Origin: a bacterium
GTDB taxonomy: Bacteria; UBA8248
Assembly (NCBI GenBank): GCA_965207065.1
Contig: OZ242260.1
Location: 1,696,001-1,760,000, forward strand
Length of the DNA: 64,000 nt
Reading direction: 5' to 3'
Every line of letters begins with the position of its first letter. Position 1 is the first letter of the stretch. The position numbers and the translations under genes were made by a program. The notes beneath the pieces were generated by a model, which made no database searches, was not told where the DNA came from, and worked only from the letters and a program-made list of their open reading frames with translations. Positions 30,986 to 41,796 of the stretch are shown here, piece after piece.

Positions 30986-32341
30986 CTAGAGCGTGACCGT
31001 GCTATGTCGCTGCTGGTCTATCTTCCGCTGGATGTGGGGGAGGATTTCCTCCCTCGGCTTGCCGCAAACGTCAAGCAGCAAGCTCGCATAGACCTTCGTG
31101 GTCTGGTAGAGGTCCTCCAGGCTCACGTGCTCGCCGATGTTCGGGTCCCACCCCGGCACCCCTGAGCGGGTCCTGCCGGATGGTCCGTAATTGAGCGCGG
31201 GAATGCCGTAGCGCGTGATGTGTGAGGCGTCCGAAATCCAGCCCTCGGTCACCGTTTCCGGATCCTGGCCGTGCACCGACTTGTGGGCGCGCTTGATGGC
31301 GCCGTATATGTATTCGTCATCTTCGATCTCCGCGCCCGGGTTGGACATGTACATCTCGAGGTCCACCTTGAGGTCGGGGTCTCCGGCTACGATCTCTTCG
31401 ATGATGTCCTGAATCTCGCGCTTGATCTCCAGGGGGTGCTGCCTGGGCAAGAGGCGCGTATCCAGATAGAGGTTGCAGAAAACGGGAGTGCGGCTGCACC
31501 TCCAGGGCCAGCCGCCCTCGATGGCCGCAATGTTCACGTTGGCGTTCGAATTGCCGTAAGGGTGCGCTTCACGGTACTTGGGCGCCCAGCGCTCCAGGGC
31601 GTCGAGGATTTTCTTCATCTTCAAAATGGCGTTGACCGCGTTGTGCGCGTAGGTCGTGTGGGCCGGCGTCCCGTAGACGGTGATCTTGTGATAGACGTAG
31701 CCCATATGGCCGAGAACCACCCGCATCTCCGAGGGCTCGCCGATGACCGCCATATCGGCGCTGCCGCCGTGGGTGGCCAGATAGCAGGCGCCGCAGCCGC
31801 CGCCCCGGTAGTGCTTGCCCTGGTACTGGTCGATCGCGCCCATCTCAATCTCGCCGCCCACCGCCCCGACGGTGACGTTTCCCTTGAGTTTCACACCCGC
31901 GCTCTGGATGGCGTTCAAGGCCTCGACGTAGCAGGCGATCGCGCCCTTCATGTTGTAGATGCCCAGGCCGTATATCCATTCCTCGCCCGTAGCGGGGTCG
32001 GTCTCGCTCCATGCGCTGGGCTGGTAGGCGGGGAGCTTGGGGAGGCCGGGCTCCTTGCCCGAGTAGGAGGTGTCGATATGTCCGCAGAAGAGGAACTCGA
32101 TTCCGGTGCCGTCGCCCTGCAGGGTGCCCAGCGCGTTGAACCGATCCGTCTCGAACTCCTGGAGTCGCGAGGCGAGCCCGATAGACTCGTAGCGTTCACC
32201 CAGGAAGTGGGCGATCTCGCTCTCCTCCCCCGTGGGACTCCAGATGTCGACCAGGTCCATTCCCAGCTTCTTGAGGCGCCCCTTGTCGATCGCAGCAAAG
32301 ACCTTCTCTCGATGCTCGCCCATGCCCGTCGCCTGCTCCAT
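30986..32341 (-). CDS. M20 family metallopeptidase/deacylase (ArgE/DapE-like)
   Basis: SPTGEE, CGHIDT, GLGIYNMKG, GEP and SDA..YGP..EHV. Confidence 0.85.
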   Translation of the reverse strand: MEQATGMGEHREKVFAAIDKGRLKKLGMDLVDIWSPTGEESEIAHFLGERYESIGLASRLQEFETDRFNALGTLQGDGTGIEFLFCGHIDTSYSGKEPGLPKLPAYQPSAWSETDPATGEEWIYGLGIYNMKGAIACYVEALNAIQSAGVKLKGNVTVGAVGGEIEMGAIDQYQGKHYRGGGCGACYLATHGGSADMAVIGEPSEMRVVLGHMGYVYHKITVYGTPAHTTYAHNAVNAILKMKKILDALERWAPKYREAHPYGNSNANVNIAAIEGGWPWRCSRTPVFCNLYLDTRLLPRQHPLEIKREIQDIIEEIVAGDPDLKVDLEMYMSNPGAEIEDDEYIYGAIKRAHKSVHGQDPETVTEGWISDASHITRYGIPALNYGPSGRTRSGVPGWDPNIGEHVSLEDLYQTTKVYASLLLDVCGKPREEILPHIQRKIDQQRHSTVTL

Positions 32342-32606
32342 ATCTCGACTCCCTCTCCTGGCCGGGCCGCAGCCCGGCGAACACAGCCCGCGTAGAAATG
32401 ACGGCGAAAGTGGAAACCTGCCGCGTCAAATCGAATCAATACGAACAATCGCGTTCCTGATTCGATGCCTCATCGGTCACCCGAAATCTCAAGCGCGCTT
32501 TATCTTATGTATATTAGTGATTTATGTATGTTAGTGATCCTAGCAGATAATATGCGCAGAACAAACCACGCGCGAAGCATCTTTCCCTCCCGGAATACCG
32601 GATCAT

Positions 32607-32835
32607 GGGGGCTTTTGAAAAAGCCCCAAAGAGAGAGCGCGCTGAATTTCACTCCCCCCTTGAGGGGGAGTCAACGAGACAAGGGCGAAGCCCGCAGGCG
32701 AGTTGGTGGGGGGAGCTTTTATCCGTGGCATGTCCCCCCACCGAATCGGCCTTCGCCCAAGGGCTTGGCCTCTTCGACTCCCCCTCAAGGGGGGAGTGGT
32801 TTGGTTCGACCCGCAAGGTCTTTTTCAACGCTCCC
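32607..32835. mobile_element. MITE-like element enclosing a CCCCCTTGAGGGGGAG palindromic core (32650-32798)
   Basis: Ends GGGGGCTTTTGAAAAAGCC / GGTCTTTTTCAACGCTCCC; the core is related to 43673-43876 and 46929-47090. Confidence 0.55.
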
Positions 32836-32875
32836 TTGAGGGAAAGGCAATGTCTTGCCGCTTCAGGTGGACGGG

Positions 32876-33078
32876 CCCTTCGATACGCGGCTTCGCCGCT
32901 ACTCAGGGTGAGGAAAGAGGCGTTGACGGTTTGTGGAGGTCGCAGACGGGGACATCGTTTTTACCCCCAGATAAGGGGGCCAGGGGGGTTGGTTTCAAGC
33001 CGAGGGAGGGCGAATGAAGCATGATACCCTCCGAACCCCTCATCCCGAGTAGGCGCGCTTGCGCGCCGTATCGAGGGA
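32876..33078. repeat. inverted pair of CCTTCGATACG..TACTCAGGGTGAGG-type repeats
   Basis: 32876-32913 and its approximate reverse complement at ~33039-33078; another copy at ~41648-41683. Confidence 0.55.
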
Positions 33079-33118
33079 GCGCCCGGCTCCGCCGCCGGGC
33101 AGTGCGAGGTTTCTTTTC

Positions 33119-34390
33119 TCAATCCGGGATGTAGGCCGCAAGCGACGCCAGGATCCGGCATCCGGGCACGGGCATCGGCGTAGCGGTCTGCGCGCTCATG
33201 TTCACCGGCGGCGCGTCCGTGAATGCGCCGCCCCATACTTCGAATGCGCCGTGCAGATCGCTCATGTCGTGGAACACGGTCTGGCTTCTGACGACGTCGG
33301 AGAGGCTGCCTCCCGCCGCGCGGCAGATGGCGTCCGCGTTCTCGAGTATGTATTCGGTCTGGAGTCTGATCGGCGAGGAATGCCAGGGGAGCCCGGGGTT
33401 CACGCGAACCTCGGGCGCAAGGCCGCTTTCGCCTGCGGCGATTTGCGTCGAGAGCCAGAGATACGGGCCCGTCTTGACGGCGTGCGGCTCATGGAAGAGG
33501 GGAGGCGGAGCGTCGGGCGACATAATCGTTCGGCGCTCAAGTCCGCCGTCCGGGCGCAGGGAGACGGAACTGACCTCGATGCGGGAGCCGCCGATGGCCA
33601 GATCGTCGCAGGGAATGACGCTGCGCGCGGGCGGGTCGTCTGCAAAGAACTCGCGCCACACGTGATCGACCGCCGGAAGATCCTCCATGTGGGTGAGATA
33701 AACCGAAGTCTGAACGATGTTCTCGAGGTCGAGGCCCAGTTCGTTCAGCACCTTCTGTTTGGTGCGGAGGATGTACTCGGTCTGACGCTTGATGGCGGAC
33801 TGGTGCCAGAATGTCGGGTCGACGCGGGCGTCGGGATGAATCCCGGTCGCGTAATCGGTGGCGATCATGCCCGGCATGAGCACGAAAGGCCCGGCGGACA
33901 TGGCCGCAGGGTAGCCGGTCAGGGAGCCGGGCACGATTTCGAGGTCGTGCGTTTGTTTTTTCCATCCCGACTCAGGTCTGAGCGCGAACCCGTCGCATGC
34001 GATGAGCGCATCGGGCACTTCCAGGCCTTTCGCCACCACCCGCGTGCTGGTCGGGTGCGCCTTGGACATATAGCTTTGCCTCGTCGCGGAATACCACGCG
34101 GCCTGCTCGCGGCCGGTGATGAACTGCTCGATGCGGATCAGGTCCTCGAACCCGAGACCCGCGCTTTCGAGTATCTCCCCCATCCGCTGGAGTATCACAT
34201 GGGTCTGCCGCGCCATCGGCGGCGGGCCGGCGAACGGATTCTCGGGGTCCACGGCGGCCTCAGGCGCGACGCCGGTGGCGTAGTCCGTCGCTATTTGTCC
34301 GGCGAAGAAGAGCAGGTGTTCGGTCTCGATCGCTTCTGACTGCGCTTTCGGGGAGGCCGGGCAGTCTCCTGGAACGATCACGCGCTTCAT
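33119..34390 (-). CDS. RidA/YjgF family protein with three tandem domains
   Basis: Three repeats: AGQIATD..RQT, PGMIATD..RQT and STQIAAG..LQT. ATG 34390 follows AGGAG. Confidence 0.8.
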   Translation of the reverse strand: MKRVIVPGDCPASPKAQSEAIETEHLLFFAGQIATDYATGVAPEAAVDPENPFAGPPPMARQTHVILQRMGEILESAGLGFEDLIRIEQFITGREQAAWYSATRQSYMSKAHPTSTRVVAKGLEVPDALIACDGFALRPESGWKKQTHDLEIVPGSLTGYPAAMSAGPFVLMPGMIATDYATGIHPDARVDPTFWHQSAIKRQTEYILRTKQKVLNELGLDLENIVQTSVYLTHMEDLPAVDHVWREFFADDPPARSVIPCDDLAIGGSRIEVSSVSLRPDGGLERRTIMSPDAPPPLFHEPHAVKTGPYLWLSTQIAAGESGLAPEVRVNPGLPWHSSPIRLQTEYILENADAICRAAGGSLSDVVRSQTVFHDMSDLHGAFEVWGGAFTDAPPVNMSAQTATPMPVPGCRILASLAAYIPD

Positions 34391-34577
34391 GGTGTCTCCT
34401 CGAATGGATCTTGTGAAAATCCATATTACCACGCCGCAGACGTGCGCGACACGGCACCGGGCGCGGCCTATATGGCGGGCAGCGCTCATCCCGTGTATAT
34501 ACTCCGGCATCCGACCGCCGCGCGCCGGGAACGCCCCGCTCGCGGAATCCAGGGCTTGACGATAACGGGGAGCGCCT

Positions 34578-35126
34578 ATGCCTGTGATGGCCGATTCGAA
34601 AGCGGAGCCGCTCGTCCGCGACGCCACGGAAGTCGACCTGCCCGCCATCTGCGAAATTTACGCCCATCACGTGCTGCACGGGACGGCCTCGTTCGAGGAG
34701 CAGCCTCCTGATGTCGAGGAGATGCGCCGCCGCTTCCGCGCCGCAAGGGAGAGGGGCCTCCCCTGGTTCGTCGCGGAGGTCGAAGGCGTCGTGCGGGGTT
34801 ACGCTTACGCGGCGCCTTACCACCAAAGGCCCGCCTACCGCCATACCGTCGAAAACTCGGTCTACGTCGATGGCGGCGCCTTGCGCCGGGGCCTCGGTGC
34901 GGCGCTGCTCGACAGGCTGGTCGATTCATGCGCTCAATCGGGCTTGCGCCAGATGGTCGCCGTCATCGGCGACTCGGCGAATGCGGCTTCCGTCAAGTTG
35001 CACGAGCGAGCCGGCTTCCGGCTCGCGGGCGTCCTTCAATCGGTCGGCTTCAAGCACGGCCGATGGCTCGACTGCGTGATCATGCAACGCACTCTCGGCG
35101 AGGGTGACGAGACTTCCCCCGCCTGA
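34578..35126 (+). CDS. GNAT N-acetyltransferase (phosphinothricin acetyltransferase-like)
   Basis: GTASFEEQPP, AYRHTVENSVYV, NAASVKLH and GFKHGRWLD. Confidence 0.92.
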   Translation: MPVMADSKAEPLVRDATEVDLPAICEIYAHHVLHGTASFEEQPPDVEEMRRRFRAARERGLPWFVAEVEGVVRGYAYAAPYHQRPAYRHTVENSVYVDGGALRRGLGAALLDRLVDSCAQSGLRQMVAVIGDSANAASVKLHERAGFRLAGVLQSVGFKHGRWLDCVIMQRTLGEGDETSPA

Positions 35127-35499
35127 ACCGCGCCGCGGGAATATCGAGCGGCGCGCCCCAAAACCACGATCTCCGGTTCCGCTCATCGAGACGAAGGCGC
35201 GTTTCCCCGAATTTCCCTTCCGCGCGGGTTCGGGGGGCTTTTCACCCCTCCCCGGTCGCGTCAAGCACACCCTCCCCGGTCGGGTTGAACGCTCATTCAT
35301 CAATCGCGTTTAATCCCCAACATCCTCAGGTTCTGTTACACCCCGCCCCGGTTGAATGCCGCCGCCGATGATTCGATCATGTAATAGGCGTGTGCGATAA
35401 TTATGTAGTATCATGTAATATATATATTGTATTTGGTATATAGCAGATTTTCCGTACACTGGACGAACAGCGCAGATACCCGAATGCGGCATCCGGGGT

Positions 35500-35631
35500 C
35501 CGAATCGTGTCCGCACTTTCGTCAAGCAGCTGCGCCGAAAGCTCGGCGACGACTCCGCCCGCCCGACCTATATCCTGAACGTACGGGGCGTCGGCTACCG
35601 CATGGAGAGGCCGGGCGCCGGGAGCGAATAA
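35500..35631 (+). pseudogene. C-terminal remnant of an OmpR/KdpE-type winged-helix regulator
   Basis: VRTFVKQLRRKLGDDSARPTYILNVRGVGYRM; no start codon back to the in-frame TAA at 35416. Confidence 0.75.
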
Positions 35632-35632
35632 G

Positions 35633-36328
<696 letters not shown>

Positions 36329-36330
36329 CC

Positions 36331-37521
36331 GTGGTCTTGAAAGCCAACGCCAAAGAGGCGTTCGTTAGCCTCTACGCCTCGAAGCAGCGCAGCCTTCTCG
36401 CGTTGATCGGCATCGTGATCGGCATCGGCTCGGTCATCGGCATGGTCTCGGTCGGGGAGATCGCCAAGCACCAGGCGCTGAAGCAGTTCCGGGAGCTCGG
36501 CACCGAGTTTCTCACCATTTCGGCCAGATCGAGGGGGTCGAGATCGGGCTCCCCGCCCAGTATCCGCCTGTCGGACGCCTTGGCGCTGCCCGAGGAGACC
36601 TCGTCCATCCGGGCGACCGCCCCGTGGATCCAGGGCCACGGGCAGGCCGTCTATGGCGGGAAGAAGATCGCGGACGCTTCGGTCCTGGGGGTTACCGAGT
36701 CGTTCACCACCATCAACAAGTTGCGCATCGAGCGTGGCCGCAGCGTCTCGGACCTGGATTACCGCCGCTACTACTGCGTCATCGGGGCGAACATCGCCAC
36801 CGCCCTGCGGCGCGCCGGCGCGAAACGCCTGGTCGGGGAATCGATCCGGCTGAACGACCGCCTCTGCGCGATCATGGGGGTGCTCCGCAACTCCCCGAGG
36901 TGGGGCCTGCAGTCGTTCAACGCCAACAGGTCGATCCTGATTCCCCTGTCCACGGCGCAGCGCATGTACCCCGGGCGGGGCATCCGGCGGATCACCGCCC
37001 GCATGAAAGCGCAAGCGCAGCACAAGGCGGCGACCGAGGAGGTGCGGAGCTATTTCCGCCGCAAGGCGCCGGGTATCGGGATCAGGGTGCGCAGCGCCCA
37101 GAGGGTGATCGAGCAGATGCAGCGCCAGATGCAGACGTTCGCCCTGCTGCTGGCCGCGATAGGCAGCATCTCGCTGATCGTCGGAGGGATCGGGGTGATG
37201 AACGTCATGCTGGTCTCGGTAAGCGAGCGGCGCAAGGAGATCGGGATCAGACGGGCGCTCGGCGCGCGCCGCTTCGACATCCAGAGCCAGTTCCTGACCG
37301 AATCCCTCATCCTGTCGCTGATTGGCGGGGTGTTCGGCATCGGACTCGGCGTGGGCGGCACCTGGGTATTCTGCCGGTTCACGAACTGGACGTTCCTGGT
37401 CGATCCGGCCGCCGTGGCCATGGGGTTCGTCGTGGCCTGCGGCATCGGCGTCTTCTTCGGGCTCCAGCCCGCCGTCCAGGCCGCGCGGCTCGACCCCATC
37501 GAAGCACTGAGAGCGGGCTAG
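36331..37521 (+). CDS. MacB/FtsX-type ABC permease
   Basis: GGIGVMNVMLVSVSERRKEIGIRRALGA and AARLDPIEALR. Confidence 0.9.
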   Translation: MVLKANAKEAFVSLYASKQRSLLALIGIVIGIGSVIGMVSVGEIAKHQALKQFRELGTEFLTISARSRGSRSGSPPSIRLSDALALPEETSSIRATAPWIQGHGQAVYGGKKIADASVLGVTESFTTINKLRIERGRSVSDLDYRRYYCVIGANIATALRRAGAKRLVGESIRLNDRLCAIMGVLRNSPRWGLQSFNANRSILIPLSTAQRMYPGRGIRRITARMKAQAQHKAATEEVRSYFRRKAPGIGIRVRSAQRVIEQMQRQMQTFALLLAAIGSISLIVGGIGVMNVMLVSVSERRKEIGIRRALGARRFDIQSQFLTESLILSLIGGVFGIGLGVGGTWVFCRFTNWTFLVDPAAVAMGFVVACGIGVFFGLQPAVQAARLDPIEALRAG

Positions 37522-37618
37522 CGCGGGTATCGGCGGTCCGTTGAACGCCGGAAGGCTGGGCCGCGGCGGTCCGGGAGACCGCATTACGGGGAACCGGGGT
37601 CCGGCCCTACGAACCGCC

Positions 37619-39463
37619 TTACAGGCTGGAGACGATCACCTCGTCTCCGGCCTTGAGCCCGCTCACGATCTCCACTTTGTTCAGGGTCGTCGCGCCGATT
37701 TCCACGGGAACACGCCGCACCGTTTCGTCTTCCTTGCTCCAGAGCCCGACCCAGTGCTTCCCCTGCTTTCCCTTCACTGCAGCCAGCGGCACGAGCAACG
37801 CCTTGGGCTCGTCCCGCACTACGACGACCACGTTCGCCGACATGCCCAGACGCAACCGTCGGCGAATCTCCTCGGAGACGCCGTCGATGACCGCCTTCAC
37901 CTCGTAGGTCGGCACTTTCCTTCCTCCGCTTCCCTTCGACTGCGAGGAGATGCGCTCGAGCTTCCCCTCCAGTTCGAGATCGGAGAACGCATCGCCGCTG
38001 ATCCGCACGCGCTGGCCCGGACGCAGACGCACCACGTCCACTTCGTCGACTGCCCCGGCAACCGACAGCCCGTCCAGGTCGCCCAGGGTCAGCAGATAGC
38101 CTCCCTCGCTCACCGTTCGTCCCGGCGCCAGCGGCTCCCCGTCGTTCCCTTCTCCTTTGCCCTGTTTCCCCCCGCCTCCGGGTTCGAGAACGATCCCCGA
38201 CACCGGCGCGTGGACGACCGCGTTCTTGATCGTCGCCTCGAGTTCCCGCATCCGCTCTTCGGCGTTATCGAGCTTGAGCCGGGCGATCTGCAGCGCGTCC
38301 GCGTCCGCCTTGGCCTGCGCCGCCTCCAGCGACTGGAGCGCCGCCTCGTGGTTCAGTTGCTGGGCGTTATACTGGCGCCGGGAAGCCTCATGTTCCGACG
38401 CCGGTATGATCCCCTTGTCGAGAAGCAGGGCCGTTTCGGCGATCTTGTTCTTGCGCGCATCGAGCTCGAGCCTGGACCGCACCACCGCGCGCCGCACGCG
38501 GGCCATCTCGGGGCTGTTCTCCCAATTCTCCAGTTCCCTCAGCCTGTCGCGCGCCTCGAGATAGTCGGCCCGCCCCGAACGGTACTGCCGCTCGTTCTTG
38601 GCGGTATCCAGTTCAACCAGCGGCGCGCCGGCCGAGACGCGGCCCCCGTACTCGAACAGCACCCGGGCCACCTTGCCCGAGATCGGGCTCGTCACCCGCA
38701 CCTCCTTCCGGGGCGCCAGCCGCCCGACGAACGAGAGCGTCATCTTGAACGGCCGCGGCGCGACGGTGACGGTCACCACATCCTCCGCATCCGTCGGCGC
38801 CGCCGACACTTTCGCGATTTCGGCCTGCAGCGATGCCCCCGTCTCGTCCCAGACGTACCATGCGGCGCCCCCGAACAGGACGGCGACGAGAACCATGGCG
38901 GCCCACCGCACCACCGCCACCTTCTTCAGCACCGAGCTCAGGGCCTTGTTCTTGTCTTCAATCTCGCGAAAGGCGTCGCGGAGCCTGACGTTCTGCTCCT
39001 CCGTCGACGCGGCGAACTCCTGCTCGGCCTTCCGCAGCGCCTCGATCTCGGTGATGTCGTTGAACACGGCGACGATGCCGATCCGCCGGGTTTCCCCGTC
39101 CTTGTGGTCGACCAGGTAGGAGGTCGTGACGGCGAGAGACCGCTCCGTACCGTCATCGAGGCGCACGCGAACCGTGGAGCGGGTCCCGACCGCTCTGTCG
39201 TAGACCGCCGCGAGCACGGTATCGCTGAATTCCTCCAGCCCGTCGAGATGGAGGAAGACCTCGGCGAACGCCTTCGACTCGACGTCGGCGCGGGCCAGCC
39301 CGAGCAGACGCGAAGCGGCGGGGTTGGCGATCCCGATGCGGCCGCCGGAATCGATGGTCATGACCCCGTCGTTCATGCTTTCCAGCACGTTGCGGTGAAG
39401 CAGCGAGTCCCGCGCCGCGCCCGCGCCGCCCCCCTCCGGGGGCGGGGATGCTTCGGTCATCAT
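37619..39463 (-). CDS. periplasmic adaptor (MacA/HlyD-like) with an N-terminal PAS domain
   Basis: PAS (VLESMNDGVMTID..ANPAA), coiled coil and TM, then VTSPISGKV, HAPVSGIV, LGMSANV and SGLKAGDEV. Confidence 0.82.
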   Translation of the reverse strand: MMTEASPPPEGGGAGAARDSLLHRNVLESMNDGVMTIDSGGRIGIANPAASRLLGLARADVESKAFAEVFLHLDGLEEFSDTVLAAVYDRAVGTRSTVRVRLDDGTERSLAVTTSYLVDHKDGETRRIGIVAVFNDITEIEALRKAEQEFAASTEEQNVRLRDAFREIEDKNKALSSVLKKVAVVRWAAMVLVAVLFGGAAWYVWDETGASLQAEIAKVSAAPTDAEDVVTVTVAPRPFKMTLSFVGRLAPRKEVRVTSPISGKVARVLFEYGGRVSAGAPLVELDTAKNERQYRSGRADYLEARDRLRELENWENSPEMARVRRAVVRSRLELDARKNKIAETALLLDKGIIPASEHEASRRQYNAQQLNHEAALQSLEAAQAKADADALQIARLKLDNAEERMRELEATIKNAVVHAPVSGIVLEPGGGGKQGKGEGNDGEPLAPGRTVSEGGYLLTLGDLDGLSVAGAVDEVDVVRLRPGQRVRISGDAFSDLELEGKLERISSQSKGSGGRKVPTYEVKAVIDGVSEEIRRRLRLGMSANVVVVVRDEPKALLVPLAAVKGKQGKHWVGLWSKEDETVRRVPVEIGATTLNKVEIVSGLKAGDEVIVSSL

Positions 39464-40968
39464 TTGTCCACCCCCCCGTCGACCGACGACTCGAACTCAA
39501 TCCGCCAGGTATCGAGCGTCGTCCCCAGCGTCCGGTCGAGCGACGTCAAAGCGTTGAGATACCCGATGACGGCTCCGACTTCACTGTTCTGGCTCCTGAC
39601 GAGGTCGTCCTCGAACCGGACCACGCGGAAGTTCGTGGTCAAGCCGGCGTGCAGCTTGACCTGCTCGATCTCGAGCTTCCGCTCGGTCAGCTCCCTGGCC
39701 CGACGGGCGAGCTCCGCGCGCCGGAACCGCACCTTGACGTCGTGCAGGGCGGCCCGCACATCGACCTCAATCGACTGGCGCAGCTCCGCGACCCGCAAGT
39801 GCGATCGCCGCAGGGCGAGCCTCGCCCTCTCGTAGCTGCGCTGCCGGGCGTCCGCGTTCGCTCCCACGGGGATGTCCACACTGAGCCCCGCCCCGTAGTT
39901 GTCGTCGAACCGGCGGTAGGCCTCCGAAAACGAGCGCCCGCTGTGTCCGAGCCTCGCAGACACGGAGAGGTCCAGGCCCCACTTGCGCGCGTTGTCGGCC
40001 AGCTTGAGAGCGTTCTCGGCGTTCTCGACGCCCAGCTGCGCCTGGAGATAGTCGGTACGGTTTTGCAGCGCCAGATGCACGGCGCGGTCGGCCTCGTGCT
40101 TCGCCTCCTCCATGCGCAACGGCTCCGTCAGCCGGATACGGGTCCGGCTGTCGATTTCCAGGATATTGATCAGGGCCAGGCGGGCGTCGTTCAGCGCGCC
40201 CTCCGCTTCGGTCAGGCCGAGCTCGCGCTCCGCGATATTCGCCTCGGTCTGTACGATATCCTGCCTGGCCATCCTGCCGGTCTCGATAAGGATCCGGTTC
40301 ACCTCCAGCAGTTCGCGGGCCCGCTGTACCGAGCGTTTGGCGATCTCCACCGCGCGCGTCGAACGGATGACGTTCCGGTAGGCGAGGACCGTCCGGGTGA
40401 CGAGCCCGATGACCGCCGACTTGAAGCCGAGGATGCTGCTCTGTTCCGCGCGCCGGGCCGTCACGACCCCGGAGGAGCCGACCTCGGTTCCGCCGCCCCT
40501 CAGCAACGGCTGGTTAAACTCGATCACCACGCTCTGGGCGTAGCGGTTGGCGATGTCCGCGCTCGTCACCCTGTTGTCCGCGCTCAGGGTGAAATTCCCC
40601 CCGGTGGGGATGCGCAGCGTCACCCGGGGCGAGACACTGATGGTGGAGGTGTCCTCGCGTCCGAGTGGGGACCCCGTCGAGTCCTGGTCCAGGGACAGGC
40701 CAAGCGAGGGAGACGGGCGGAACTCATCCTCGGCGTCCTGAAGGGACAGCTTCTGCGCCAGCCTGTCGAGACGGCCGGCGGCGAGATCCCGATTGTTCCG
40801 GACGGCCAGTGCGATGCATTCGGCCAACGTCAGCTCCCGTTCCAGCGAAGCGCTCGCGGGCTCGGCCGCGCCGCAAAATCCCAGCGCAAGGGCCGCCAGG
40901 ACGAAATACAGACCCAGCACCCGTTTGCCGAAGCGATCGGTCCCGACCTGGTATCCGAATCGGAGCAC
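39460..40968 (-). CDS. TolC family outer membrane efflux protein (start uncertain)
   Basis: LTLAECIALAVRNN, NQPLLRG, ALQNRTD and EQVKLHAGLTT; signal peptide follows GTG 40968. Confidence 0.82.
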   Translation of the reverse strand: MLRFGYQVGTDRFGKRVLGLYFVLAALALGFCGAAEPASASLERELTLAECIALAVRNNRDLAAGRLDRLAQKLSLQDAEDEFRPSPSLGLSLDQDSTGSPLGREDTSTISVSPRVTLRIPTGGNFTLSADNRVTSADIANRYAQSVVIEFNQPLLRGGGTEVGSSGVVTARRAEQSSILGFKSAVIGLVTRTVLAYRNVIRSTRAVEIAKRSVQRARELLEVNRILIETGRMARQDIVQTEANIAERELGLTEAEGALNDARLALINILEIDSRTRIRLTEPLRMEEAKHEADRAVHLALQNRTDYLQAQLGVENAENALKLADNARKWGLDLSVSARLGHSGRSFSEAYRRFDDNYGAGLSVDIPVGANADARQRSYERARLALRRSHLRVAELRQSIEVDVRAALHDVKVRFRRAELARRARELTERKLEIEQVKLHAGLTTNFRVVRFEDDLVRSQNSEVGAVIGYLNALTSLDRTLGTTLDTWRIEFESSVDGGVDK

Positions 40969-41146
40969 TGTCTCGCGCCTCCTCGAGCCGCCAACACGGT
41001 AACGGTAAACCAGAATATCGCCGGCCCGATTCGTTTCATCATGCCGCCCTTTCCGTGAAGCAGGAATCCGACCAGGGCAGGCCGACACCATCGTTCGTGG
41101 TGAGGCTCGAAACCGAACTCCCGTCGCCGTTCCCCGCCGGCGCGCT

Positions 41147-41302
41147 TCAGGCCGATGCGTTCAGCGTGAATTCGGTCCGCCGCCAAACGACGCCGTGCTT
41201 CATGAACCGTCCTACGTGTCCTGTCCGCGCTTCGCCGGGAATCCGGATGCGCGCATGGCTTTCCTCTCCCGTCATTGCGGATGAATCCGTCTCGACGAAC
41301 CG
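41147..41302 (-). pseudogene. internally deleted ninth member of the exported-protein array
   Basis: Retains the 3' end (VWRRTEFTLNASA*, 41147-41188) and the 38-nt leader (41265-41302), but the body is missing. Confidence 0.75.
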
Positions 41303-41485
41303 ATCTCGTGCGTCATGAATATTATCGAATCGATGCGTACTGCCCTCTACAAGCTATTATATTACCAATATATAACAATAAACAAGAAGCCCCCGGGTGA
41401 ATTCCGGGGGTTCCGATTTTTCCCCGGGTGCGGGACCGCCGCAGCCGCGCAGGGGCATCCGTCGAACCCTCCCCGGTCGGGGTTG
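41265..41485 (-). promoter_or_regulatory. promoter/leader module copy A
   Basis: Leader plus AT-rich AGCTA..ATTACCAA..ACAAGAA block, shared with 43399-43631 and 46659-46881. Confidence 0.6.
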
Positions 41486-41796
41486 TCTCCTCCCATGTCG
41501 TTTTGTCGTGAGCCTGATGCAGGGGACGACCCCTCGTCAGGTAGGTGTTTCCCCCTCAAGGGGGGAGTGATTTTTCACCCTCATCGGTTGAGAGCGCCCC
41601 TTCGACAGGCCCAGGAATGCAGCCCCTCCTTCCTCAGTCGGGGCTGACCTTCGATACGCGGCTTCGCCGCAACTGAATGTGAGGGAAGTGGGGGTCGGCG
41701 GAGCCAGCCCCGAGCGAAGTCGAGGGGCCGCTGCTCAGGGTGAGGAAAGTGGGGGGCGTCGCATATACCTGGCTGCCCTGACCCCGACGGCGCGCT

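Noticed and set aside
37541-39835. 764-aa plus-strand ORF, and similar long antisense ORFs at 8098-9687, 22776-24479 and 35815-37584
   Set aside because: These are shadow ORFs opposite well-supported genes in GC-rich DNA, with no recognisable motifs.
40830-41043. Frameshifted 5' end of tolC starting MMKRIGPAIFW
   Set aside because: An in-frame GTG at 40968 already gives a plausible signal peptide, so a frameshift is not needed, though it cannot be excluded.
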